Source: the human T2T-CHM13v2.0 reference genome, Homo sapiens
DNA: 64,000 nucleotides
Assembly (NCBI RefSeq): GCF_009914755.1
Contig: NC_060937.1
Direction: 5' to 3' (one strand)
Part shown: one piece after another, positions 15,603 through 29,701 of the stretch
Layout: every line of letters starts with the position of its first letter
Position numbering within the stretch: the stretch's first letter is position 1
Notes under the pieces: model-generated
What the model was told of the DNA's origin: nothing
Seen by the model: the letters and a program-made list of their open reading frames with translations, nothing else
Database searches by the model: none
Program-made: the position numbers and the translations under genes

Positions 15603-17044
15603 TTTGTGGAGAGCTGTGATTCTGCCTACCACAAGTAAGATGTACAAAGCATGGAAGGAGCTACAGCCAGAAACAATTATACCATTGGGAATTTCTAGCA
15701 GAATAAATAGCAGTTATTAACTGATAAGTTAATAGATTAAGTAAACCTAAATAATTGCCTTCATTAGCAGTGAGGCTTTTGATGGTCCATGTATCACAGA
15801 TATTTAAACACAAATACATTTTTCTCATTTATTCCAATAACAAAAGTGTTTTTTGGTTTGTTTTGTTTTGTTTTTGAAAGTTTGGTATGAGAGAGAAAGA
15901 GATGAGCTGATTTGACTACTCCAGGCTAGAGGATATGTAGCTGAGAGTCTATGGCTGAGTGGAGGAAAAAAAAAAAAATCACAAGCCCTGTCCAGGATAA
16001 CAGAGAGAGAAAGCTGTTTCTGTTGAGATTTGATGGCCCCCATCACACCAAATTTGGGCTTCTAGCTAGCCTCAGTTCTTCAGATAACTGACCTTCCTTC
16101 CTTCCTCCCTCTTGTAATAGTCTTTGTGTATTAGAAGTACCTTGAAATACTGGGTCAGAAAATGTGGCACAAAAGAGAAAAGCTTGCTCACTCCACATCT
16201 TGACCTGATCATTTCCTGAACATGATTGAGGTAGATGACTCTTTGCTCCTCTTTGGCTGACCTGCAGGAATAATACTGGGAATAAGCAAATCTCCTTTGG
16301 ACTCCAGAGGGTGGTGGTCAGGAAGTGGGCCATTGAGAACCTAGGCAGAAATGCAGGCCAGATTATTGGAGTAGTTTGCTTTATAATGTTAAGATATTTA
16401 TACACATGTTATGTGGGCCTCTATTTCCACTCTTATCTTAGAGCCCACATGTATTATGGAGGGCCTAGAATTGTTTCTGGAGTTTTTGGTATATACCTTT
16501 TTCAGAATAAAGTAAAAAATATTTATAGATAATTTAATTGTTCCCTATGTAGATTCCAGTGCCAAATTCCTTTCTTAGACACTTTTTCCAGTATAACATG
16601 TTAATATGTGACCCCTGCTTCACTTACAGATTTTTAGAGATCTATCCCAGGTTACTTAATTCAACTCCAAGACATACTTTTCTTTTAAATGCAGTGAATA
16701 AAGCGTCAGTTACTTAGTCACTCCGGTTTTATTTAATCCTACTGTCATCTGACAATATGGTACTGATACTATTTCCTATTTCTAGATGGTTGCTAGAAAT
16801 ATACTGTAATATTTATTCTTGATATATGTTTGTTACTTTAACGGGAATACATAGGCTATAAATAGTCCCCTTGCCTCTCACAAGTTAGACAGTCCTGCCC
16901 AGAATGCCCTGCTGAAGAGTTGTAGCAGATCACCCTGTTCCTCCTTAACCTCTCTGTTCCTCATATGCTCACCTATAAAATAGTGATCATAGTAACACCC
17001 ATCTTGTGATGATGTAGAGAGGTTCAAAGAAGCGAATTAGGGGA

Positions 17045-17409
<365 letters not shown>

Positions 17410-18234
17410 TCATAAGTTGTCACCCTCTTGAAGCAATTGTTGGACACTATTTTAAAAATGTTTTACTTCTGAGTGAAATGTTGCATTTTATTTTACTAGA
17501 AGATTCTTATGTAGTTTAAGTACATTTTACGGTATTGTCAAAGAGCATGAGCAAAATATTTAGGAAAGATGAGACCATATTTCTTTTATTTATGACATTG
17601 CCACAAAAAAATCAGGTAGATGAATTTGTATTAAGTTTTTGTACCAATTTCATATCTAAAATTTCAAAGAATTTTATTGCAACAAACTCTTTCTTACCAT
17701 TAACTCAAAAAAATTCTGTTTTAAATTGACTTCATTCCATAAGTCTCTACACTACTAATTTGGCCAGAAGTTATTTTCAATCCTAATTGGGAACAACAAA
17801 GATCCACATGATATCCTTTCAATTTATGATGTTGAAGAAAGTTGAATTGTAATAATTTGAGTGTGCAGTCAAAGCAATTTTCAATACTATGTATCACTGT
17901 AGAAACAAGGGAGAATGTCTTGGTTAACTATTTAAGTGGCTTGAGTATGGCAATTAAAATTTCATCTAAGCTCATTTTGATGAATCTTGTAAGGTGACAT
18001 TTATTTCTTAGGCTCTGAACATTGTAAGTTCTGTTGATTTTCATGGGAAGTTTTCAAGGTCATTTTCAGAGATCTATGACAAAATGACATTATTTGAGAA
18101 AAAAAAAAAAAAGAAGAAATAGCTCAAAGTTTAAAGCATTATGGTATTCCCTAAGCCCAAAATTTTCTCCTTTTACAGAAACAAATGAAATGCAAAATAG
18201 ACAAACAAACAACCCATCAAAAATACCTTGAATC

Positions 18235-18870
18235 ACTGTTGGTGGGAATGAAAATTAGTTCGACCATTGTGGAAGACAGTGTGGAGACTCCTCATGGATC
18301 TAGAATCAGAAATCCCATGACCCAGTAGTCACATTACTTGGTATATACCCAAAGGAATATAAATCATTCTATTATGAAGACACATGCACACATATGTTTA
18401 TTGCAGCACTATTTATTATAGCAAAGACATGGAACCAACTGAAATGCCCATCAGTGATAGACTAGATAAAGAAAATGTGGTACATATACACCATGGAATA
18501 CTATGCAGCCATCTAAAGAACTAGATCATATCCTTTGTAGGAACATGGAAACCACCATCCTCATCAAACTAACACAGGAACAGAAAACCAAACACTGCAT
18601 GTTCTCACTCATAAGTGAGAGTTGATCAACGAGAACACATTGACACAGGGAGGGGAACAACACACAGTGGGGCCTGTTGGGGCGTGGGGGGAAAGGGAAA
18701 GGAGAGCATTAGGACTGATACCTAATGCATGCAGATTAAAACCTAGATGACGGTTTGATAGGGGCAGCAAACCACCATGGCACATGTATACCTATGTAAC
18801 AAACCTGCAAATTCTGCATATGTATCCCAGAAATTAAAGTAAAATAAAATAAAATAATAAAAACAACAAC
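18235..18870 (+). mobile_element. 5'-truncated L1PA (L1PA8-10-like) 3' end
   Basis: ORF2 C-terminus and 3'UTR (CCTAATGCATGC, GCAGCAAACCACCATGGCACATG); A-rich tail; TSD core TACCTTGAATC on both sides. Confidence 0.9.
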
Positions 18871-19898
18871 CAAATGTACCTTGAATCTCCAAAATAAGTT
18901 AACACAAATAGTTAAAATTGAGCATGCTTTTATTAGAAGAAGAAAATGTCATTGAAAATATAACAGATAATTTATAGGTGGGAACATACGTAAAAACGTA
19001 TAACTACTTAGATCTGCTAGATAAAGTGAGTCCCAAATGATAAGGTTACAAAAATAATGTTTTTTTGTAGAATATGTGTTTTCAATGAGAAAGTGTTGCA
19101 AAAGTCAGTCATACAGATTGGTAACTTTTATGTTTATTTTTCAAAAGCAGCTCAAAATAGTTCTTTAGATTCTGTAACAACACGGTGTCCTAATTTTGCT
19201 CCTAAAATTTTGTCACAAAATTTTAAATTCACTTGCAAATTGATCTTCATTTAATCTTCCTCTAGGTGTGTAAGCTATATCAGAGATCTGCATGAACTGC
19301 TTGTTACTCTTTCATGCTATACATCCTCCCTAGGTAATTTTGATCACTGCAATCTTTTCCATCATCATTTCTACTTGAAGACTAACTAATATAGGTAGAA
19401 CAAATGTCAACTTCTAGATCTATATGCTTTCCAGATATCTCAAATAAAAGATAAAATTTGGGTAGATATACCATGTTCATGATTTTGAAATAGTCAAGAC
19501 TGTGTGATATTGTCCTCAAGAAAGACTAAATAGATCAACAGAACAAAATAGAAAATACAAAAACAGATTTACACATATAGTTAATATCTTTTTTTTTAAA
19601 TAGCAAGTCAATTCATCAGGGAAAGTATCAGCTTTGAAGAAATGGAAGACTTTTCAAAGCAAGAAATGTAAAACAGTTGGGTATTTATAAGCAATAGAAA
19701 ACAAATTTGATTCATAGCTTGCAAAATATATAAACATTAATAATAAGCCAACCTGCATGTATTGAAATCCTAGATATAAACATAAGATAAATCTTTGTGA
19801 CCTTAGTTGAAACAAATAAGTGCTGTATATGACATTAAACATTTAATTTGTAAAATAAAATATTAACTTGAACTTCTTCAAAAGTGAAAATTTTTATT

Positions 19899-21946
19899 CT
19901 TTTTTAAAAATTATTATACTTTAAGTTCTGGGAAACATGTGCAGAACGTGTAGGTTTGTTACATAGGTATACACATGCCATGGTGGTTTGCTGCACCCTT
20001 CAACCCATCATCTATTTTAGGTATTTCTCCCAATGCTATCCCTCCCCAAGCCCCCCACCCCCTGGCAGGCCCCAGTGTGTGATGTTCCCTTCCCTGTGTC
20101 CATGTGTTCTCATTGTTCAGCTCCCAATTATGAGTGAGAACATGCGGTGTTTGGTTTTCTGTTCCTGTGTTAGTTTGCTGAGAATGATCATTTCCAGCTT
20201 TATCCATGTCCCTGCAAAGGACATGAACTCATCCTTTTTTATGGCTGCATAGTGTTCCATAGTGTATATGTGCCACATTTTCTTTATCCAGTCTATGATT
20301 GATGGGCATTTGTGTTGGTTCCAAGTCTTTGCTATTGTGAACAGTGCTGCAATAAACCTATGTGTGCATGTGTTTTTATACTAGAATGATTCATAATCCT
20401 TTTTCTATTTAGTAATGGGATTGCTGGGTCAAACGGTATTTCTAGTTCTAGATCCTTGAAGAATCACCACACTGTCTTCCACAATGGTTGAACTAATTTA
20501 CACTTTCACCAACAGTGTAAAAGTGTTCCTATTTCTCCACATCCTCTCCAGCATCTGTTGTTTTCTGACTTTTTAATGTTCACCATTCTAACCAGAGTGA
20601 GATGGTATCTCATTGTGGTTTTGATTTGCATTTCCCTAATGACGAATGATGATGAGCTTTTTTTTTCACATGTTTTTTGGCCGCATAAATGTCTTTTTTT
20701 GAGAAGTGTCTGTTCATATCCTTTGACCACTTTTCGATGGGGTTGTTTGTATTTTTTCTTGCAAATTTGTTTAAGTCCTTTGTAGATTCTGGATATTAGC
20801 CCTTTGTCAGATGGATAGATTGCAAAATTTTCTCCCATTCTGTAGGTTGCCTGTTCACTCTGATGATAGTTTATTTTGCTGTGCAGAAGCTCTTTAGTTT
20901 AATTAGATCCCATTCATCAATTTTGGCTTTTGTTGCCAATGCATTTGTTGTTGTATTCATGAAGTTTTTGTCCATGCCTATGTCCTGAATGGTGTTGCCT
21001 AGGTGTTCTGCTAAGGTTTTTATAGTTTTAGGTCTTATGTTTAAGTCTTTAATCTATCTTGAGTTAATTTTTATATAAGATATAAGGAAGGGATCCAGTT
21101 TCAGTTTTCCACTACCCAGTTTTCCCAGCACCATTTATTAAATAGGGAATCCTTTCCCCATTGCTTGTTTTTGTCAGGTTTGTCAAAGATCAGATGGCTG
21201 TAGATGTGTGGCATTATTTCTTAGGCCTCTGTTCTGTTCTGTTGGTCTACATAACTGTTTTGGTACCAGTACCATGCTGTTTTGGTTACTGTAGCCTTGC
21301 AGTATATTTTAAAGTCAGGTCACATGATACCTCCAGCTTTGTTCTTTTTGCTTAGGATTGTCTTGGCTATACAACCTCTTTTTTGGTTTCGTATGAAATT
21401 TAAAGTAGGTTTTTCTAATTCTGTGAAGAAAGTCAATGGTAGCTTGATGGGGATAGCATTGAATTTATAAATTACTTCAGCAGTATGGACATTTTCATAT
21501 TGATTCTTCCTATCCATGAGCATGGAATAATTTGCCATTTGTTTGTGTCCTCTCCTATTTCCTTGAACAGTGGTTTGTAGTTCTCCTTGAGGAGATCCTT
21601 CACATCCCTTGTAAGTTGTTTTCCTAGGTATTTTATTCTCTTTGTAGCAATTGTGAATGGGAGTTCACTCATGATTTGGCTCCCTGTTTGTCTGTTATTG
21701 TTGTATAGGAATGCTTGTTATTTTTGCATATTGATTTTGAATCCTGAGATTTTGCTGAAGTTGCTTATCAGCTTAAGATTTTGGGCTGAGACGATGGGGT
21801 TTTCTAAATATAAAATCTTGTCATCTGCAAACAGAGACAATTTGACTTCCTCTCTTCCTGTTTGAATACCCTTTATTGCTTTCTCTTGCCTGATTGCCTT
21901 GGCTAGAACTTTCAATACTATGCTTAATAGGAATGGAAAAGGGCAT
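19899..21946 (-). mobile_element. 5'-truncated L1PA7-like LINE-1
   Basis: Minus-strand ORF2 peptides [34 protein letters not shown] and [14 protein letters not shown]; multiple frameshifts; L1PA7-type 3'UTR. Confidence 0.92.
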
Positions 21947-22004
21947 TTAAAAATAATTTTTTAAAAAGCTATGAACTGAGAAAACATTTGAATAGCATAT
22001 ATCT

Positions 22005-22612
22005 TATTGGCCAAGAAAGGTTTATCTCATCAGGACTAATGTTTGTCTTTAGAACTGGCACTTGGCTGGCTTTTGGAAGATAATCTGTGGGCCCTTAATA
22101 TATTCTGCCTGATGACAGTGTTTCTATACATCTTTGGCTTTAGAGTACAGTGCACAAGTGGTTTTCAGCGTCTGAGGCCTTGGACCATGCTGTGCTCATT
22201 TGAACAGTTAAGCTTATCCTAACAATATAATTTAGAGTCAATGGCTATATTTGATCTGACAGATGCTGTAGTCTGAGTAGCTGAAATCACTCATATAGGC
22301 ACCACCTTACATGACTGATGCCCAGTAAAAGCCCTGGAGACCAAAACTTAAATGAGCTTCTCTGATTGACAACACTTCAATATGTTGTCAAATATTGTTG
22401 CTGGGAGAATTACATGTGTTCTTGTGGGATTCCACTGGGAGAGGACACCTGAAAGCTTGTACCTGATATCTTCTACATTTCTCCCCATGGGTTTTTTTTC
22501 TTTGTTGATTTTAATCTGTATCTTTTCATTGTATGTAACATGTTTTCTAAGACCTGTGAATCATTATAGTTAATCTTTGAGCCTAAGGGTGGTCATAAGG
22601 AGCCCCAACACA
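22005..22612 (+). mobile_element. MER77-family solo LTR (ERVL)
   Basis: TTGTTGCTGGGAGAATTA, TCCACTGGGAGAGGACACCTGAAAGCT, GATTTTAATCTGTATC, terminal CCCCAACACA. Confidence 0.75.
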
Positions 22613-23938
22613 CTAATAAATTACTTTCATAAAGAATATATAAAAGCTGTCAAAAATCAAAAATAAAACAAATCACCCAATTTTCTAAAAGGCAAAAGAT
22701 TGAAAAAGACGTCATGATAGAAGACATGGATGACAAATAAGTATATCAAAAAATTTTAACATCTGTAATCATTAAAGAATTGAAAACCACAAAGAAATAC
22801 TACTGATAGTTATTACAATGTCCAAAGTGAAAAAAAATATTGACCCTACCAGGTATAGGCAAGAAAATGGAGGAACTGAAACTTTAATATACTTTTGATT
22901 GACAACCAGTTTGTAAAATAGATTGACAGCTTCTTTAAAAAGTAAACCTATGCTTACCACTTAATCTAGTCATTTATCTTCTAGATATTTCCCCCTCGAA
23001 AAATGAAAAAGAAATTGTTGTATATAAATGTTCATAGGCATTTTCTCTTTAATAGCTAAAACGTGGTCATGACCCACATATTCATTAACAAGTAATTGGT
23101 GATATATACGTACAGAAAAATTCTGCTCAGCAATAAAAAGGTTCGACTACTGACACATGCAACAACATGAATGAATTTCAAAAGAATTTTGCTGTAAAGC
23201 AAAAATGCCAGCCAAAAAATAGTGCACCTTATATGATTCCATTTATATAAAACTTCTGGATGCACCAATATACAATATACAGTAACATACAATACTGAAA
23301 GATGGTCAGCAGTTGTCTAGCTAAGATGCTTATTAGGAGAGACAATAATTGCAAAAGGGGATTATTAAAAGTAGTCATGAGGAAACATTTTGTGGATTTA
23401 TATGTTCACTATCTTGACAATAATGATGATCTCATGGATGTATAAATATGTCAGAGCATATCTAATAATTTATCTTACATATTTTTGGCTTTTAATATGT
23501 TAATTATAGCTCAATAAATTTCTTAAAAACTCATTGGACTCTATCTGTAATGTGTGTATGTTTAGTTTTAAGTAAAGTGCAGCTAAATTTTTCTCCACCA
23601 TTACAATTTTCAAACATACTTTCACTTACAGAATAGCATACTGAAAATTAACACATGCTTTTATAATTATAAATAAAATAGTAATATATCTTTTCTGCTG
23701 AAATAAATGCAAACCAATTACAAGGAATTTATTAGTTTTTATTTTAGTTACTTCATATATATTAGCACCTAAGCCTCAAAGATTCACTATGTAATTGTGT
23801 AAATTAGTAGTAGGGTTACCTGAATCTGGCTTAATAATCAATTAATCAGTATTTATCTTTAAACATTTTTTCCTTTATGAATTGTGTCACACTTTTAAAG
23901 AGCCCTTCCTACATTACAAGCATATATAAAATATATTC

Positions 23939-24250
<312 letters not shown>

Positions 24251-24559
24251 ATAAAATATATTCTTATACTATTTTAGAATAATTTCAGAAGTTAGATTGT
24301 TTTCTAGTTTTTAGTGTTTTCATTGATACCAAATTTATTTTTATGTACATAAATGTATGATTTTAAGTTAGATTATTTCAAACTCGTATCCCTGCAATTA
24401 TCTGAACAAAATTTTTAAGTAGTCACATTGACTTTTTTTTCAAAAGTTAGTTTTAAGCTATTTGATAACATATGGATATACTTCACTAAAGTTGTATTTT
24501 TGTGTGTAATTCTTTAATCCATCTGGAGATATTTTGGTTGTTTTTCGATCAGATAGCCA

Positions 24560-25885
24560 GTTAAACCAGAAAGAAAAATCTTACCAAAAAGTTTCCACTT
24601 AGAAAATTTAATAGCCAAAAAAACTAATATATGCAAGAATGAACAAAAACATATTGATAAAACTTATACATCATATTTTTATTGAAATATTTCATAATGA
24701 AATGTTTCACATGGTTAAAGAACTACAAATTCATCCAATGTAAATAAAAACTTCATGGGAAATGTATAATATATGAGGGATTATTTGATATCTGAAAAAA
24801 TTAGATAGAAAATAAATGCTTAAAAACTTCTAGAAGGTAATCCAGTAGAATATTTATCAGCTTAGGCTAACAAATGATATAAACATGATTAAAGAAGAGC
24901 TAAACTTAAATAAAAATATTAAGTTGATGACAAGTGTAAAACACCATTCTTCAAAATATGCAATTACAAATAGGAAAGCGCTAATAGGAGAAAAAATAAA
25001 ATGTTTATAATGCAAAAAGTATTAACATTCAAAACTGTTGATAATATAAAGAAAGATATTATAAGGAAAAGTATTCCAGTAGTAGAGTAGCCTAAATATA
25101 AGGCAATTCGAAGAAAGAAAAGAGGAATCATGAATAGGTTTATCAATCCTGATTCCATCTTACCAGTGATTAGACTGGTAAATAAGAAAATGTGTGATAA
25201 TACCAAGGGTAATAAAGATATATTTCATTTACATTTACAGTGCTGGTAAACATACACTGTACAACCACTTTGGAGAAAACTTGGAAGTACCTAAAATGTG
25301 AAAATGTACAGTTGCTCTTGATCCAGCAAGGGTACCTCTGAGTATATATTGTGGAAAAATTCTCACACATGCATACACAGTGAAACATGTAAGAGTGCTT
25401 ATAGCAGCATTGTTGGGATTTTCTTTAAACCCTAGATTTGACCTATATATCTATCAGTAGAGAATCAAAATAAAATTCAAGCTATTGTTATACAGTGGGA
25501 TATAGTACATCACTGATAATTAATACAAATTAATATTACGAACCACTCAAGTTTGAATCAAATATTAGGTCATGGTATAATGAAATTATAAAACTATTTA
25601 GAGTTAAAAACAGGCAAAAATGTCACATTTATTTTAGAATTCATAATTGAATAGTAGAAGAAAGTAAAAATGCATAGGAATCATCAACATGAAACACAGG
25701 AAAAATAAATGAAACATAGGCAGGTGATTGCCTGCAGAGCAAGAAAGTAGAGTTTATTAAGGAGGGCAGTATGAGAACTATTTAAGATATTTTAGGATAA
25801 GAAGCGGTTTTGTGAATTTGAATTCATTATATAACACTTTCTATTTTGTTTTGTTATTCATCATTTAACATTTTTTAAAAAATAT
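24560..25885 (+). mobile_element. Degenerate L1ME
   Basis: GTACAACCACTTTGGAGAA, TTGATCCAGCAA and CTTATAGCAGCATTGTT motifs. Confidence 0.6.
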
Positions 25886-26068
25886 AAAGAATTCTCATAA
25901 GTATTTTTAAACTAGAAGACAAATAAGTGGAATGAAACATCTAAATGTCAAATTTTGGTGTGTATGTCCTATTAATTTCTAAGCAGGGACACCTGGCAAG
26001 CAGAAATAACTCTGAGGACATGTGGGATTTTGAATTTTTTGACACCTCTGTAAAGTTATTTGGCAAGC

Positions 26069-26250
26069 AATAATAATAGCTACCACTTATTTATCAAGTG
26101 TTTACTAATGTACTAAGCATTGGCATATATGGTTTATTACTTCTATCCTATTTAGTATTCAAATCAATATGATGTCTATTTTTTGTTCTGTTTTAAAAAT
26201 AAAGAAGCTAACATGTCCAAGCCACATATTTAGTAAGTATTGGAACTACA
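26069..26250 (-). mobile_element. MIR
   Basis: AATAATAATAGCTACCACTTATT...AAGCCACATATTTAGTAAGT. Confidence 0.65.
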
Positions 26251-27518
26251 TCAAAACAAGAAAGAAACATTTCAATGGTTTATCCTACTGTCTACTTCCT
26301 AAAGGAAAATTATAAATTTGCAGTAACTGATCCAAATACATTTCCAGAGTTACTTTAGCTTTCACAGTGTTGGCCAGCACAATGTGTTTTTGTTTGTTTG
26401 TTTGCTTGCTTCCTTGTTTTTTGAGAACATTCCCATAGTTGACTATTTCAATATTTAATTCTCCAATCTTGTATTTTGGGTTTCTCTTGATAAACATCAA
26501 AAAAGGTGGAGGCAGTTTACACTGAATAGACTTAAGAAGCTGACCTTTACAAGAAAGTTCAGATGCTTCATTTTACCACAATTTCTCCACTGCTTAGTTT
26601 TATTACACCTAGTCCATATCACGCATTTGGGTTACTTGCCTGGCTCATCTATGACAGAAAAGAAGGAAAGGAGAAAGGAAGCAAAAGAGAATAAAGAACC
26701 TAAATAAGTGCTATTCATCTATTCAGAGCTGTTTCAAAAAATTAAGTAAATGTTTTCTTCAGTATTCTCAGTCAAATCTTGCTTCATACTTATTATAAAT
26801 ACCCTGAAGGAGTCATACCAATGTGTTCTCTGTAAATGCCATGAACAACACTTTGTTTTTGTATAACGGTTTTCATGACTATTGTATTAATAGCACATTT
26901 AATAATATTTCAATAGGTCAAAATTATGTCATATGTTTTCTTACAAATTTTTGTCATTTTTTAGAATTAATGCTACAGCCCAGAAGATAAATATTATTAT
27001 GAAAGCTTGTTTGTAAAAAATTTCAGTAATTTTATATCTTTTTGGTAAGATTAATGGCTTCTATTGTATATATTTACAATGGATATCAATGTTGATATTG
27101 AGTTATCCAATCTAATATTTTAATAGCTCCAGCTTGAACTATGAATGGTAGATGACTGTGTTCTGTACGTATACCAATATGAGTATTTTTCTATGTTAAA
27201 GATTTTACTAGAATCCTTAAATAAACCATAATCATCTAATATGATTTTCTGCTGGAATTTATATAATTTATTATCATAAAATATATTGAATTGCTCAGAT
27301 AAAAATTTTAATTTCTATAAATCTTAATATATAAAAATATGGTCTTCTTCAACAAATTGACATTCCAAATTGGTTTAGAATATCCTTAAATAATTATAGT
27401 TTTATTTTCAAATAAGCTAATTTTACAAATTGTTATCATTTTTAACTTAACTTTTGTGTTTTGTTTTTTGTTTGTATTTATGTCTTCCCCAAATGTCCTC
27501 TTTTTAATGCAAATGTAG

Positions 27519-27827
27519 AGAAGGCAGACACCTGGAATTCCATCCTAGAATTAAGACGTGACAATTAACTTTGATTTTGTAAATGCATTGTATGCTGACC
27601 TAATAGAAGATGAAAAGTGGAAAAATTTGCACAATGAGTTCAAGAACTCTGAGGAAAAGTATTCAAAGAGTCTAGTTAAGAAAACCTTATTAAGTGGAAA
27701 TTTCATACCAGACAAGGCTGCACAGCTTGGAAAAGCCCTGCACTTAAAATTAACTTCAGCCGGTGATGTGCTGAGGCTCTTGACTCAAGTACAGGCACAC
27801 GGGCTGGCTATGATTTGGAGAAACATG
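27519..27827 (+). other. Candidate spliced exon (probably non-coding)
   Basis: Pyrimidine-rich tract and TAG acceptor at 27516-27518; consensus donor ATG|GTAAGT after 27827; no repeat recognised and GC richer than the flanks. Confidence 0.3.
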
Positions 27828-29636
27828 GTAAGTCATATGAATGTTAGTTGATAACTAATTTTATTGTTCATGTGCGGAGGACATAGGGTCAAATGTGCCC
27901 CAAGAGGACCTCGAGAAAATATATGTGGGTCTGGATACAGACCTCATGTGACAAAAAGAAGCAATAACCGGGAAAGACTGATTCTCTCTGCTTATCATTT
28001 AGAACAATCAAAATAACTTTGAAATGAAAAAAACTCTAGGAGTTTTGAAATTATTAAACTGGCATGTACATATTAAAAGGGAACAAATAAGGAATTTACT
28101 ACTAATAGGGCATGGGGGAAAGCAGACCCAAAGTTCTAATTAATATTTTAAAATGATGGTATCCATTTTCCGGTTTTAAGGTAAGTCCATACTGCTGAAA
28201 ATTGCTCTATGTTTCTTATCAAATTTATCTATATCAGCATTTATTTTACTTCTAAATTTAATTACAATTTTTAAATTCCATTAAAAAAGTTATCTCACAT
28301 TTAACTATTTGTTACCTTTCCTTCTCATCTTACAATATTACTTCTCTACCTGTCAAACTATATACAGTCCAGTTCCTATTCCAATTATGGCTATAATTGC
28401 GGTACAATTAATCAATTAATTAACAAAGCATAGCAAAAAATCAAAAGAACTTTAAAAAATTATGTATAATTGTGATCAATATGATGTTTTTAAATATGTT
28501 CAACTATTTATACTATTTTCCTTCTCAAAGAATCATCAGAATGCTGAACACATAAAATAAACATTGAATAAATTAAAAATAATTTTTCATTCTAAACAAT
28601 CTAATTTAAGTATAGTTCCTATTTAGACTTAACCATAACACTTTGAAAAACTTGAAAGAATTCACTGATTTTTTATAAAATTTAAAATTAATACATATTA
28701 CACAATTTGTAATATGTATTTTTACTTTGAACACGAGGGCATTTTAAATTGAGCTTCTTTGAAATATAATTCACATATAAAAATTTCAGAAAATTTTAAG
28801 GACCTTTTTCTTTTTACTAATGCTTTGATTAGGATTTCAGTCTGCATACGAATTTGTCATGATTTTAGCTGAAACTATTTAAATAGATCAATACCTTTCC
28901 TTATCTCTCAATGTCATTAGATATATACATTTTAATCTTAATTTCTAGAACAAATATACATATCTTTTTCTGATTATGTGCCTCTAAGTTTGGTAAAAAG
29001 TTCTTGATGCAACCAGTGGACTCAACACTTCTCCTTACTTTGCATTTATAATAATAGGCTTATAGCAGTTTTTTCTCCAAATTAAAGTATAAATATTTAA
29101 TTTTTACTTTTAATTTTTAAACGTTACTCAATATTATGTTTATAAAATGACTTCTGGAAAAACATGTCTATTTTCTATCATTTATTATGTCATAATTGAG
29201 AGAAGCAAGAACCCAAATTCATTTAATTATAACACATAAAACTGAATAAATATAGATGACAGATATGTGTTCTTTGTTTTTACATATCTGTTGTAAACCA
29301 TATTACTCAGATTATCTCACTTCTTTCAACTTTTCTAATAAAAGCAATTACCATACCTATGTGAATGTATTTTAATAGTAATTCGTTTTAATAAAAGTTA
29401 TATATTTTTAGGAGGTCAAAATAGCAATTTCAATTTATGAAATGTTGACTTTTTAATCTTATTGACATATTTTCTGGAGGCAAATTGTAGAACTATTTGA
29501 ATAGCAACAGAAATTTCCAGTGGAGAGACAGTCAGATACGAAACTTCCGTGAGAAAACTGTATTTATCAGTGACTGAAAATCCTTGGATTAGGACCTAAC
29601 TCCCACCTACTTGTTCTTGTAGATACTCTGTCTAAA

Positions 29637-29701
29637 TACAGATATAGATAGATACAGATACAGATATAGACATAGACATAGATACAAGTACAGTTACATA
29701 G
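29637..29701. repeat. Degenerate (YAGATA)n hexamer repeat
   Basis: TACAGATATAGATAGATACAGATACAGATATAGACATAGACATAGATAC. Confidence 0.8.

Larger units (their letters stand above)
14530..15633 (-). mobile_element. MLT1C-like MaLR LTR, interrupted by L1MA and THE1
   Basis: TTTATTATGTTACAGTTCTGTA, CAGGATAATCCAGAATAA, terminal ATTCTGCCTACCACA. Confidence 0.75.
19440..23530 (+). mobile_element. Old L1ME element (host of the L1PA7 and MER77 insertions)
   Basis: Degenerate ORF2 3' motifs flanking the insertions; 3'UTR TATATGATTCCATTTATATAAAACTTC...CTCAATAAA. Confidence 0.65.
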
